Shown piece after piece: positions 13,919-25,844 of a stretch of 64,000 nucleotides of DNA. The notes below the pieces were generated by a model that did no database searches, had not been told where the DNA came from, and saw only the letters and a list, made by a program, of their open reading frames with translations. The DNA is from Octopus sinensis (taxonomy: Eukaryota): positions 73,780,001-73,844,000 of the forward strand of contig NC_043006.1 in NCBI RefSeq assembly GCF_006345805.1, in the 5' to 3' direction. The position numbers and the translations under genes are program-made. Each line of letters starts with the position of its first letter. Positions within the stretch are counted from its first letter, which is position 1.

Positions 13919-14392
13919 AAATCAAATTGCGATAAAATAAAAATAATTATAATCGCTGGTATTACTAACACAAGCCATATATTTTTATATATCAGTACAT
14001 TAAGGCGAATATGTGCTAGGAATACAGAAGCTCGATAAATAATGAAATGAAGATAAAAACATTTACTAAACCGGTAAATTCTCAGACTGCAGTTTCTTTC
14101 TTTTCAGCAATAAAGATAATTTATTTGCCCAGGGAGAATCTTCAGTGAGACCCTGTTTTTCTGGGATCTAACTCATAGAAGCATGTGCGTCTAATGATTT
14201 ACTCTTCCTAACTAATCATATCATTGCGCAGACTCCGAACGTCCCGACAACACTAGGGAATTCTGGTATTCGCCTGGCGCTCATAATTTATCGAGAAATA
14301 TGTAAACAAATCAAATTGCGATAAAATAAAAATAATTATAATCGCTGGTATTACTAACACAAGCCATATATTTTCATAATCAGTACATTAAG
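13914..14392. repeat. Element with ~90-bp direct terminal repeats (13914-14004, 14303-14392) inside (TA)n
   Basis: TAAACAAATCAAATTGCGATAAAAT...CAGTACATTAAG occurs twice, 389 bp apart; (TA)n on both sides. Confidence 0.88.
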
Positions 14393-14430
14393 TATATATA
14401 TATAATATATATGTATAATATATATATATG

Positions 14431-14491
<61 letters not shown>

Positions 14492-14550
14492 TATATGTAT
14501 ATATATATATATATATATCTATATATATATATATATATATATATAATACA

Positions 14551-14731
14551 CTGTGGCTATGTGGTAAGTAACTTGCTTACCAACCACATGGTTGCGGGTT
14601 CAGTCCCACTGCATGGCACCTTGGGCAAGTCTCTTCTACTATAGCCTCGGGCAAGTCTCTTCTACTATAGCCTCGGGCCGACTAAACCCTTGTGAATAGA
14701 TTTCGTAGACGGAAACTAAGAAAAAGCCCCT
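14551..14731 (+). mobile_element. SINE family A 5' half with internal 26-bp tandem duplication
   Basis: GGGCAAGTCTCTTCTACTATAGCCTC repeated at 14623 and 14649. Confidence 0.85.
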
Positions 14732-15093
14732 GTTATATATGTATATGTATATACATATATAACTCGACACTTGGCGCAGGACGATCTTCAGGCAACAACG
14801 ACGTGATGATGAGAGTGAGCTAATATGCGGTACAAACATTTAATCAATATAAACAAATAATTTGAGAAGGGCGTTTGGCAAAAGCTGAACGCTTATACGT
14901 CGTCTTAGACGGGAGAGTCCATCTTGTATACACACACACATATTTTTTTGTTTCAGTAGTTTCAGCTCAGAGCTGCGGCCATGCCGATCCATCGCCGTTT
15001 AAAAATGGAACCAACGTCCATTGGTGGATATGAACTACCAAACTTTTGGTTAACAGCCGAATGTGCTAACCGATTGCACCAGATATACATACA

Positions 15094-15129
<36 letters not shown>

Positions 15130-15381
15130 TATGGAATAACAATGTATGCGGCTGAAGAGCGCTTTAAACCATCTTTTATATCTATTATACACTGATGTAA
15201 GAACAGGTCGTTTATAAAGCTTGAAACACGTGTACCGCGATATCCTTTGTGTTCTGTTTTTGATTCTGTTTGATATATTCTCTCTCACTTCTGCCACTAT
15301 CTGGCGTATACAGGTGCTTACACTTATCAAGTATTCACCCTAAATTTGCACATCGCTGTCTATATTTGTGTGCATGTAGGC

Positions 15382-15431
<50 letters not shown>

Positions 15432-15807
15432 TACACATGCTTAGATACACACAAATATAGATAGCGATGTGCTTCACCATTATTTTGCGTGCGTAATCAT
15501 TATGAACATGCGTGCATACACATATTTATGTATCAATCCATCCCCTACAGATAATAGTGGGGTTTTAAAGAATTTCAAAATCTTAATTTTCAGAGTATGT
15601 GCTTTGCTAATATTTCCTATGCTCAAATATTATAAACTATTTCATATTACAATTTGCTTTGTTATTATATGAAATATCGTAAAATACCAAATATTTTTAT
15701 CGAGTTAGAAAATAAAAGAGATCTGATGGATACAAATTAATTTGTTAATTAATTAAACATGTTCACATAATAAATTAATCAGCATCCATTAGATCTTTTC
15801 TAACTCG

Positions 15808-15846
<39 letters not shown>

Positions 15847-16334
15847 GAGGAGTACAGAGTTCGATTCCCCTAGCTGTCTGCTGGCAATTTTTTCCGTCCT
15901 ATAAGCGTAAATACCCAATTTTTCTCCGCAGACCTCACACCCATACTGCGTTCGGAATTTACTTTCTTGTCAGTAAAATACCAATACGGTGGAGCAGTCC
16001 AAAATCTGTTTATAATATATATATATGTAATATATATAGTATATATATATATATAAGTACGTAGATTTTTAAGCCTAGCGCTAAATTTTTTTGACTTATT
16101 TGCCGAACAACTATTTACGGTGGCGTATACTAGCGACCCAGATGTCAAGCGGTGAGTAGACAATCGAGAAGTCACGCACACAAACGGAATCGCAAACACT
16201 CTCACGCACGCATCCTCCTCTTCCTCCTCCTCTCTCTCTCACTCTCTCTCTCATACAAGCATTTTTCATGCACACGCATCTTTCTTTCTTTCTCTCTCTG
16301 ACTGTCTGTCTGTCTGAGTCTCCCCCATCTCTCT

Positions 16335-16625
16335 ATCTACCTATATATCTATATCTATATATATATATATATAAAAATACAAAATGGGACAAGAATGCAA
16401 AACATCCAGAGGACGATACAGAAAACACGGACGGGTCATTCGAAGCCTTTAATTTTCAGTCAAGAACCGGATAGTCCTCGCAATTTCGGCTGATTAATCT
16501 TGAGATTGCTCCGATCTGGTCAGCCCCAAGGAAAAACTAAATTGAGAGCATTAGATTCCTTGGAAAAAAGCTTTGAATGTATACGAAACAAGGACGGAAA
16601 AACGGAGTCGATGTAATCCCATAAA
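16335..16625. repeat. Dispersed repeat shared with ~42205-42420 (possible PLE terminal-repeat derivative)
   Basis: CATTCGAA...TTCAGTCAAGAACCGGAT...GCAATTTCGGCTGATTAATCTTGAGATT...GAAAAACTAA at both loci. Confidence 0.7.
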
Positions 16626-17889
16626 ATGTCTGCCTATCAAATTCGCTCACAAAGCATTGTACACACCAAGGCTGTAAGAGAAGTCATTTTCCCTTTAGCG
16701 CACCTCTTTAACCCACCACTACACTCACACATACAGACACACACACACACACACATACACACACACACACACACCACACACACACAAATATGTAAAGAAC
16801 AGTGAATAATGCATTCGCCAATATTCTTGAATATATCGGATAGCACTGGGGGTCGAGGTAATCGACTTACCCCTCTCCCGAGATTGCTGGTCTTGTGCCA
16901 AAGTTTGAAACCAATATCGATGAATCGACAGAAACTCTTGTGAGAGTCGCTTCACCGTAGCAACTGTTCCTTGAAGAATTTTGAAAAAATAATGGTTATA
17001 CGTCGATGTTAAGATGAATATGAACTTCACGCTTAATTCGCACTTGGCTCCTTTCATTTCATGTACCTTCCGTATCTTCTAAAAAGTTATTTTATACAAC
17101 ATGAAGATGTAGACTTTGTTAGCAGCCTAACGACCATTTAAGCTTCATGGAATGTCTTCAATTTTTTTTTATATATAATGAGAACAACAGAAATAAGAGT
17201 AGAATTAATTGGTAAAAGTAGAATTCTGAAAGTTTGTTTTTATTCAGGATGTTACTCTTTATTCTTCTTTATTTCTGGTCGGTGCATCGCATCGCTCATC
17301 GGGCCGTTGTACTTTCAGCTTTTATTTATTTGCTAGCTTGTTTGTTTAAGAAAATGCTTGGGCCTCGCTTAATCCGTTTCCATTTCTGTAGAAAATAAAC
17401 GGGTGTTTCCTTCGACTGTTTGCGTAGCGCAACGTCACCAGCACTGAAAGAGAGAAAAGCAGTGTGAGAAAGGATAGAATATGTGTGGGAGGAGGTAGAG
17501 GGGCTGAGGGAGAGAGAGAGGAGAATGCAAGGAGAAAGACACCGTTTTCAGTACTTGGTTGAAACTGTATTTCTGAAGATTAATAAATAGAAATTTGATT
17601 GCGGTGGGAGATATTTAATTTTCTTTTATTACTTGCTTTGTCAGGCGTAAAAAGTAATGCCCATAGTCTTTGCATGCACTCCAAGACTTGCGAGATTGAT
17701 ACTGCTAATATTCCGTTTAAACTGTTGCTAGTCGCAGCCAAAATCAACGAGCAAAAAGCCAGGATAAATATCACAAAGCATTTTATAAGGTGATCTGACG
17801 CCTCTATCAGTTCCTACATCGACGATAATGTTACTGATGGGAATAAGACAAGGAAAAGATTGCATTGGAAATCTTACAAGCAACCCCGT

Positions 17890-17924
<35 letters not shown>

Positions 17925-18453
17925 TATATATATATATATAATATATATATATATGCGTGTGTGGTGTGTGTGGTGTGGGTTTCGAAAGGTGAACAAATTA
18001 GATAATTTCGAACTCTGCTAATATAGACGTGGTGTGCAGCAAACAGTTGTATAAACAACAGCCTGTAAACGTATCTGAAAATGAATTACCATTCTATGAA
18101 ATATATCTTGCTCACTCAGTAAAAGAAAAACAGAACGTTGCCACGTCAATGCCAAAGAACGTAAAGGAAGAAATAGCAAAAGCAGAAAAAAAATAAATAG
18201 AAAAGAAATGAAATTTGAAAAGAAGCGAAACGAAAGCAAACGAAATGAAGAAATAGACGTCGATTCATAGGTATCTTCATCTTCATCACAGCATTACTTA
18301 ACCACTCCCATTGAACAACAAAGGAAAATCTGTTACAGCAGAAATCTCGAAACAGTGCTATCTATAACGTACTGTAAATATATCAGACGCGCTAATAGCG
18401 GATACGTTTAAGTTCTCATGCAAAGAAAGTACATCGACAAATTAACAAATACA

Positions 18454-18700
18454 TAAGAACCAGACTTAAGACCCGGCAACGTTACAATACACAACACTGA
18501 TAACGTTAAATATACTTATATATATTTATACATATATACATTAAGCATTAAACTTAATTTGTTTAAAATTATTTATTATTTAAGAGCCAGACTTAAGACC
18601 CTGCAACTTTACAAATACATAATACTGACAACGTTAAATATATTTATATATATACAGGTATATACATCAAGCATTAAACGTAATTTGTTTAATTATTTAA
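18454..18700. repeat. Diverged tandem duplication, ~125-bp unit x2
   Basis: TAAGA(A/G)CCAGACTTAAGACCC...AAGCATTAAAC.TAATTTGTTT at 18454 and 18581. Confidence 0.85.
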
Positions 18701-18930
18701 GTTGCTAAGTTGTCACTTAGAAAATTTTGGTACAGATTTAGCAATTTCAGGGGAGGGTTAAGTCGGTTACATGGACCTCATTATTTGACTGGGAGTGATT
18801 TTATAGACCCCCGAGGGAATGAATGGCAGAGTCAGCCTCGGAGGAATTTGAAATCAGAAAGTGAAGACGGACAAAATCCCGCTAAGCATTTAGCCCGGTG
18901 TGTTAATGATTTTCCCGGCTCGCCACCTTA
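18700..18930 (-). mobile_element. SINE family B, diverged
   Basis: Reverse complement of the AAGGCGGCGAGCTGGCAGAA...GAGGTCGACTTTGCC unit at 33568-33800. Further partial copies at 1-28, ~7340-7440, ~10655-10860, ~16843-16915, ~39780-40100 and ~40985-41150. Confidence 0.7.
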
Positions 18931-19709
18931 AAATACTCAATAATATTAAGTAAGAAATAATTTCTTAACCACCAAGGCGTGGCTGTAAAATAATTCTCTT
19001 CTTGGTTAGAGCCAGTTCACATTATTTATGTTGCTATTCTTACAGAGAAATATAGTTTTCTATTTGTAATCTACTTGAAATTTTATGACGAAAAATTTTA
19101 GATATTGCTGTTCTAGTACCAGGAAGCTCTCATCAAGCTGGTCCTTCGTTGGCTCATAGCGAAGACATTTCACAAAGTCAATCTATCCTTTGTTTTATAC
19201 TCTATCAGAGTTTTGATAAAATTTCCATGAAAAGTCGCAATGGGACATATTCTTTCAAAGGGAGAATGAATTCCGTTGTTAAATTACGTGTGGTGATGAA
19301 AGTCAACGAAACTCTAAAATATTTGACATAGCTTTCACATTTCATTTAGAAATAGGAACAAAAAGGTACCGAAAGTTTTCTTTCTTTTTAATGACATTGC
19401 CAGATAAGAAGGAAGGGCAATACTTTACTAAGACACCAAGGTATAGACGAGGATGCGAAACCTGGTAGTTGCAAGGCGAAATTTTAAAGCACCGAGCTAT
19501 GTCTGTATTCATGCATTTAAATAAAATTGATGACAGAATTCTTCAATCTGTTATTCCGACTCCTTAACATTATCTTAGTAAAGATTCTTGTATTATGAGT
19601 TACAAAGCAAGACTTCAACAACTATAGAAGTCATGTAAACGCGACACACATCAAGAGACAGGAAGCTTCCATACCTAAATTCTTCATTAATCAACAATCT
19701 TGAATATTA

Positions 19710-20665
19710 TGAGAGGGTCAGCTGAAAAGTTCAGGGAATGACCAACAGACTCTCACGGAATGTGACTAAATGAGGTTCATTTTTCAACATAGTGCTACTT
19801 TGCGGTCCACACACTTCTTCCGTCGGTACTGACGTGGTTGGATCCAGTTGTTGAAGAAGCTTTTATGCTGTTGGTCAAAAATATCATAAATGGCAGATAT
19901 GACATCATCATCACTGCAATAATGACTTCAGGTAACAGATTCTCAGATGGGGCCAAATCAGGAGAATAGGGACGGTGATCAACCAGTCCAAGGCCACAGT
20001 AACGTACAGAAGTTATTGAAACCAAGGACTTGTGTGTTGGAATATCCTCCTGATGAATCAAGATCCTTTTCCTTAGTTTTCCTGAGCGTTTGATCTTGAT
20101 AGTCTCGTAGCTTCCTCAATATTTTGGTATAGTACTCTGCACTGATGGTATGACACTTTTGAAGTTAGTCAATAAACATAACGCCTTTTGCATCCTAAAG
20201 CACTGAGGCTATCATCTTCCCTCCAGATGAAACGTCCTTGGCCTTCTTTGAAGCCAGAGAAGAGGGAGTATTTCCATTATATCGATTGTCGCTCTGTCTC
20301 GGACACAGGGTGATGAACCCAACACTCATCCTGAGTTAAGAAACGTTAAAGCAAACCAGTTAGAGCTGCCTCAAACAATGTCAGATTTTCCTGTGATGGT
20401 CTCAGTCAGGTACGTTTTCGCAGACGTGAAATCTACCGAACAGAAACCTTCATCATACCAATTTTATAGTGCAGAATATTCTCACCCCTCTCACGTTTTA
20501 TACTAATAGCATTGGCTATTTCATTAATTGTCAATCGCCTATCATCCATCATCATGTAGTGATGGATGTCGGGTGATTTTTTCCTCGGTTGTGGCAGTAG
20601 AGGACGTCCAAACTTTGGGTTAAATTCAAGGCTCTGTACCCTCCTAAACTTCAGCTGCTCACTTT
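19710..20665 (-). mobile_element. Mariner transposon remnant
   Basis: Minus-strand FLTQDECWVHH, HQEDIPTHKSLV, DHRPYSPDLAPSE; terminus TATGAGAGGGTCAGCTGAAAAGTTC at 19708, partial inverted copy near 20648-20663. Confidence 0.88.
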
Positions 20666-20902
20666 TTACTATTGATAAAGCTGGAGCGTAATTCTTTATT
20701 GTAGCAACAATGTCATAAAAAATGTAACCGGGGGCTAAACCATTTTCCTGCAGGTTCTCGATAACAGATATTATGTACTTTCCAGAAAAGTCGCTACTAG
20801 TTACTTTTGAAAACTTCTTCGAACAGTCAGATGTGACTTTACTTAAAAAGAAACAACTTATGATTAATTTTTAATATTAATATCAGCCTAACCTCAAACA
20901 CT

Positions 20903-20936
<34 letters not shown>

Positions 20937-20939
20937 CAC

Positions 20940-21080
20940 GAGATTTATTTCCTAACGACATAGTTTCAGGCTCAGCCCTAATGCGTGGCGTCTTTGGCAC
21001 ATGTTTTCTATTAGAGCCGCAAGCTAAACAAAGCCTTGAGAGCGAATTTGGTAGACGAAAACTGAAAGAAGCCCGTGATA
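20940..21080 (-). mobile_element. SINE family A head, diverged
   Basis: AAAGCCTTGAGAGCGAATTTGGTAGACGAAAACTGAAAGAAGCCCG block plus degraded head. Confidence 0.55.
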
Positions 21081-21374
21081 TATATGTATGTATGTATATA
21101 TATATATATAATATATATATAATATTTACTATATATATATGATAGATAATATATATATATATATTGGACTTATATAATATATATATATATATAATAGATA
21201 ATATATATATAATATATATATACATATATACTATAATATATTATATATATATGTACTTATATATATATGTACGTATGGATTGTATATATATATGTACGTA
21301 TGTACTCTTTTACTCTTTTACTTGTTTCAGCCATCCGGCTGAGGCCATGATGGGGCAACCGCTTTGTTGCTACC

Positions 21375-21920
21375 CTCTCTAAGTCCAGTTTGCCGGGCTG
21401 GCCACTGATCTAAGAGAGGTTTGTAGCTGCTGCCTTAGGTTACCTTCGTACCTTGCAGTGGGTTCATCTGGGATCCCGGAAAGCAGCTTGTCTAGATGTT
21501 TTTTGAAAATGTCCAAATCCGCATCATGTAGATCTCTTAGTTTTTCTTGGCAGTTGTTGTTGAAAGCTGAGGGCCCCTGAACCCAGGCTATTACAGTGTC
21601 TGCTCTTAACCTGGATGTGGAAGACGGGACCTTTGGCACCACACAGTGATGTCCTGTACGGGGATTGGACCAGCTCTCAATTCCAAATTTGGTGCTAGTC
21701 CTCCAGGATTTTCCATAGTATATCACTGAATATCTCTCTCGTCTTCGTTCCAAGGAGTACAAATTGAGTTCCCTAAGCCTCTCCCAATAGTTCTTTTCTT
21801 CATGGTGGAAATCCTCTTGGGTGAAATGTCTTTGGATTGTCTCAAGCTCTGTGGTTAGTTTGACACTATGCGGTGACCACAGTTGGGAGCAGTAGTCCAG
21901 GCGGCTAGGACAAATGTCCT
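21375..21920 (-). mobile_element. Non-LTR retrotransposon 3' fragment (CR1/L2 group), ORF2 C-terminus
   Basis: NYWERLRELNLYSLERRRERY and DIFKKHLDKLLSGIPDEP, typical post-RT motifs; cut by the N gap. Confidence 0.85.
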
Positions 21921-22020
21921 NNNNNNNNNNNNNNNNNNNNNNNNNNNNNNNNNNNNNNNNNNNNNNNNNNNNNNNNNNNNNNNNNNNNNNNNNNNNNNNN
22001 NNNNNNNNNNNNNNNNNNNN
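21921..22020. other. Assembly gap (100 N)
   Basis: Run of 100 n. Confidence 1.
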
Positions 22021-22215
22021 ACTTCATTTTTCTTCTTTTTCTTCTCCTCCTTCTCCGCTTCCTTCTTCTTCTTCTTCTTCTCCTCCTTCTCCCTCTTCTC
22101 CTCCGCGATGTTGTTTTTCTTCATCTTCTGCTTCTACATTTTCCTCCCTTCCCCCTTCTTCCTTATTGTAGCCGTTGTTGTTCTTCTCCTCCTTCTCTTC
22201 CTCTCCTCCTCGTCT
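22021..22215. repeat. (TTC/CTC)n polypyrimidine low-complexity tract
   Basis: Directly visible; abuts the gap. Confidence 0.9.
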
Positions 22216-22819
22216 TGCTTTTTGTTTTTTGGTCCGGCTTTAATTATACAAGTTTTATGTGTGCAGCAGTTAATTGGAATCTAGGTTATATTGGGTAGCA
22301 AACAAACTGGAAATAAGTAATGCAGCATGAAGGACGAGGAGGGGAAGTAACCCAGCTGTTTCTCATTACTTCCCGCTCTAACACTAACCTTGAATACACA
22401 ACGATCAGTTATGTAACGAAAGAAAAAAGCCCAAAACGGACGGAACGAAGGCGATTTTACGTAAGAAATTTGCTCGGGAGAACCAGAAAGCTGCTGCGCG
22501 CACAAGACTACGCAGTTTATAAGAAAGGAAAATATACAGTCGACCTCAATATGCATATAGAAATTGTTGCAAAATTACAGAGCACTCTCTGAACGAAACA
22601 TTAACTACCCTACATATATGACAAGACTAGATTTATGCCGGTCTGTCTGTCTGTCTAACTATCTATCTACCTATCTGTCTGTGTGCTTGTGTGTGTGTCT
22701 GTCTATCTAAGTATCTATTTATCTATCTATCTATCTATCTAGAATTAAATATGAGCATGAGTGTATCTCTCTCTGACTCTCTCTCTCTCTCTCTCTCTCT
22801 GTATATATATATATATATA

Positions 22820-23085
22820 TATAACAATTTAATAAATAAAACATATGCATACATACATACATATATGTACATACCTACATCTATATGTATATATACATGC
22901 ATATATGAGTACAGGACACCACAAATAAACGTAGAATACAACGAGAAACGAAAACATAAAACCAAACAAGGAAACGGACTTGTTTTTAACAACGAAAAAA
23001 CAGATTACAAGACAAACAACGCAAGGAACATTCCCCTTCTTCAGCTGCCCCTGTTTCGTCTCAATGCGTGTTTCATATATATATA
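22820..23085 (-). repeat. Dispersed repeat homologous to ~53440-53690
   Basis: Reverse complement shares ATACATATAGATGTAGGTA.GTACATATATGTATGTA...GCATATGTTTTATT and the GAAACAG.GGC.GCTG.AGAAGGGGA.TG block. Confidence 0.75.
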
Positions 23086-23102
23086 TATATAGTAGAAGTG
23101 AA

Positions 23103-23433
23103 GTCGTTTGGCTCAGTGGTTAGAGCGTATAGTTTACGATCGCGAGGTTGTGAGTTCGAATCCCGGACCGGGCTACGTGTTGTGTTCTTGAGCAAGACAC
23201 TTTATTTTACGTTGCTCCTTTTCACTCAGCTGTAGAAATGAGTTCTGACGTCACAGGTGCCAATCTGTATCGGCCTTTGCCTTTCCCTTGGATAACACTG
23301 GTCGCGTGGAGAGGGGAGGCTGGTATGCATGGGCGACTGATGGTCTTCCATAAACAACCTTGCCTGGACTTGTGCCTGGGAGGGTAACTTTCCAGGTGCA
23401 ATCTCATGGTCAGTCATGACCGAAGAGGGTCTC
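23103..23433 (+). mobile_element. tRNA-derived SINE family D
   Basis: Box A TGGCTCAGTGGTTAGAGC, box B GAGTTCGAATCCC, then TTCTTGAGCAAGACACTT...CACTCAGCTG and a non-tRNA body. Confidence 0.85.
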
Positions 23434-23527
23434 AGAATAGTTGAAATTTACAGAAAATAAAAGACGAAGTTAGATGTATGAACAACAAACAGGTGTATTA
23501 GTTTTACTCTCAGGAAAGTGAGAAAAT

Positions 23528-23563
23528 CTTTTACGTTTCGAGTCTACACTCTTCAACAGAAAT
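23528..23563 (-). ncRNA. Minimal type-I hammerhead-like motif (A6U variant)
   Basis: Minus strand UUU-CUGUUGA-A-GAGU-GUAG-ACUC-GAAA-CGUA-AAAG: intact stem II, palindromic ACGU stem III, weak stem I. Confidence 0.55.
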
Positions 23564-23577
23564 GAATAAGGGAAAAT

Positions 23578-23618
<41 letters not shown>

Positions 23619-24053
23619 GAAAAAGAGAGAGAATTAAAAAAACTGATGAATTTAGCGATCAAGCATGACGGCTAACAAATTAAAAGGTTGGCTTATTAGC
23701 AATTAGAACGTAAAGGCAAAACCAAGACAGTGCGTTTGTGACTTTGAGTTAGTTTAACTCTTATCTTTAGCAAAAGCGGTTCTAATCAGTATCATCTGTC
23801 ACTTTTGGGCCTCTATTAATGTTGTCTTGAGGTTTTAATTGCTAGTAAGCCATCCTTTTAATTTGTTGTTTACACTTTTACCGTTTACGAAATCAGCACA
23901 CGTTTTTTCAACATTTTTTATTTCCGTATCCGTTTGTCTGCCAGAGGAAGTTGAGATAAACATTAGGCATTAAGAGCCGCTGATGAGTATTAAGAAGGTC
24001 TACATCAAGAAGGTCTATATTAAGGTCTACATTAAGAAGGTCTATATTAAGAA

Positions 24054-24438
24054 GGCGCAGGAGTGGCTGTGTGGTAAGTAGCTTGCTAACCAACCACATG
24101 GTTCTGGGTTCAGTCCCACTGCGTGGCATCTTGGGCAAATGTCTTCTGCTGTAGCCCCGGGCTGACCAATGCCTTGTGAGTGGATTTGGTAGACGGAAAC
24201 TGAAAGAAGTCCGTCGTATATATGTATTTATATGTGTGTGTGTTTGTCCCCCTAGCATTGCTTGACGACCAATGCTGGTGTGTTTATGTCCCCGTCACTT
24301 AGCGTTCGGCAAAAGAGACCGATAGAATAAATACTGGGCTTACAAAGAATAAGTCCCGGGGTCGATTTGCTCGACTAAAGGCGGTGCTCCAGCATGGCCG
24401 CAGTCAAATGACTGAAACAAGTAAAGGAGTAAAAGAGA
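24054..24438 (+). mobile_element. SINE family A, full length
   Basis: Complete head, central microsatellite and tail CAGTCAAATGACTGAAACAAGTAAAGGAGTAAAAG. Confidence 0.93.
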
Positions 24439-24806
24439 GTATCAAAATTCGATATCACGATCCGGCTATGTGCGCTGGTGAACTGCCTCCCTTTCTCAGT
24501 CACTTAAGACTGCGTTTGTGAATTTGAGTTAGTTTAACTCGTATCTTTACCAAAAGCGGGGCTAGTGAGTACCTTTTATCACTTTTGTATATACACACAC
24601 GTGTGTGTGTGCGTGTGTCTGCGTGCGTATCTGTGTGTTTGTATATGTGTGTGTTTGGAAAATTGATATCCGTTTACTATAACGAAACTAGATTAGGCGA
24701 AAAAAATCTACACAACATGATTTATTCTCTTTATCTGCTTGAAATTCTATTCTTTTAAACGCAATTAAATACATGTACATCTATCTGTCTGTCTGTCTGT
24801 CTCTCT

Positions 24807-24847
<41 letters not shown>

Positions 24848-25068
24848 CTACGTATGTTTCTATGTATGTATGTATGTATGTAATTGCTAAAGCTGGATTA
24901 ACAGCTAAGCAATGTAGAAATATTATAGATTTAGTAATTAAAATCTTAATTAAAAGATGTTATTCGACACCTCTCATTCTCTCTCGTTTACATTCTTTGG
25001 CACTCTTTGCAGAACACAAGTGTCATTGTGCATATAATATTAAATACAAATATGTACATACATTCATA

Positions 25069-25158
<90 letters not shown>

Positions 25159-25340
25159 AACAATTGAGGTAAAATTAATTAATCAATTTCACCAAGTGTT
25201 CAGTATGTAAAAGGACCATTTAAGGCGAATTCACTAGTTCAGTATGTGGCAAAGTAATTTATTTTACTAAGCCCTAATTTTATATATATATATGTATATA
25301 CATCATATATATATACATCACATATATAGTAAATATATGC

Positions 25341-25377
<37 letters not shown>

Positions 25378-25381
<4 letters not shown>

Positions 25382-25677
25382 CGCGATCACCGTGACCGGA
25401 CAAGGCTATCAGATGTTTACTACAATCGCTGGTCACAATACGCTTCGCATTGTTTTAGCCTTCAAATGACGCAACCCCGCTGCTAAGCGAGCAGGCCAAG
25501 AAGAAAGAGAGAGAGAAACGTGGGGGCGAAAGAGTACACCAGGGATCGCCACCACCCCCTGCCGGAGCCTCCTGGAGCTTTAGGTGTTTTCGCTCAATAA
25601 ACACTCACAACGCCCGATCTGGGAATCGAATTCGCGATTCTACGACCGCGAGTCCGCTGCCCTAACTACTGGGCCAT
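25378..25677 (-). mobile_element. tRNA-derived SINE family C, tail type 3
   Basis: Minus strand ATGGCCCAGTAGTTAGGGCAGCGGACTCGCGGTCGTAGAATCGCGAATTCGATTCCCAG; head shared with 33104 and 52504. Confidence 0.87.
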
Positions 25678-25844
25678 ATATATATATATATACATATGGC
25701 TACAGGACGTCACCAACAGTAAACAACATGAAGTACGAAAACAAATGAGTTAAATACGTAAACAACGAAAGAGAAAATTGAGAAGCAGGACAGGTAACAC
25801 GAAGTTTCGGTGTTGCTAATTATTAACGAGTGGTCCGATATTCG

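Noticed and set aside
18020-18200. ~60-codon stop-free plus-strand frame (IDVVCSKQ...AKAEKK)
   Set aside because: No start codon, convincing splice sites or known motif.
23030-23070. Minus-strand CUGAAGAAGGGGAAUGUUCCUU as a hammerhead
   Set aside because: No GAAA after the hairpin, so the core is incomplete.
23103-23180. tRNA-like heads (also 25600-25677, 33104-33175, 52504-52575) as tRNA genes
   Set aside because: No proper acceptor stem or terminator, and each continues into a SINE body.
23989-24056. Short repeats as a CRISPR array
   Set aside because: Head-to-tail units with no spacers, no cas genes, and a eukaryotic context.
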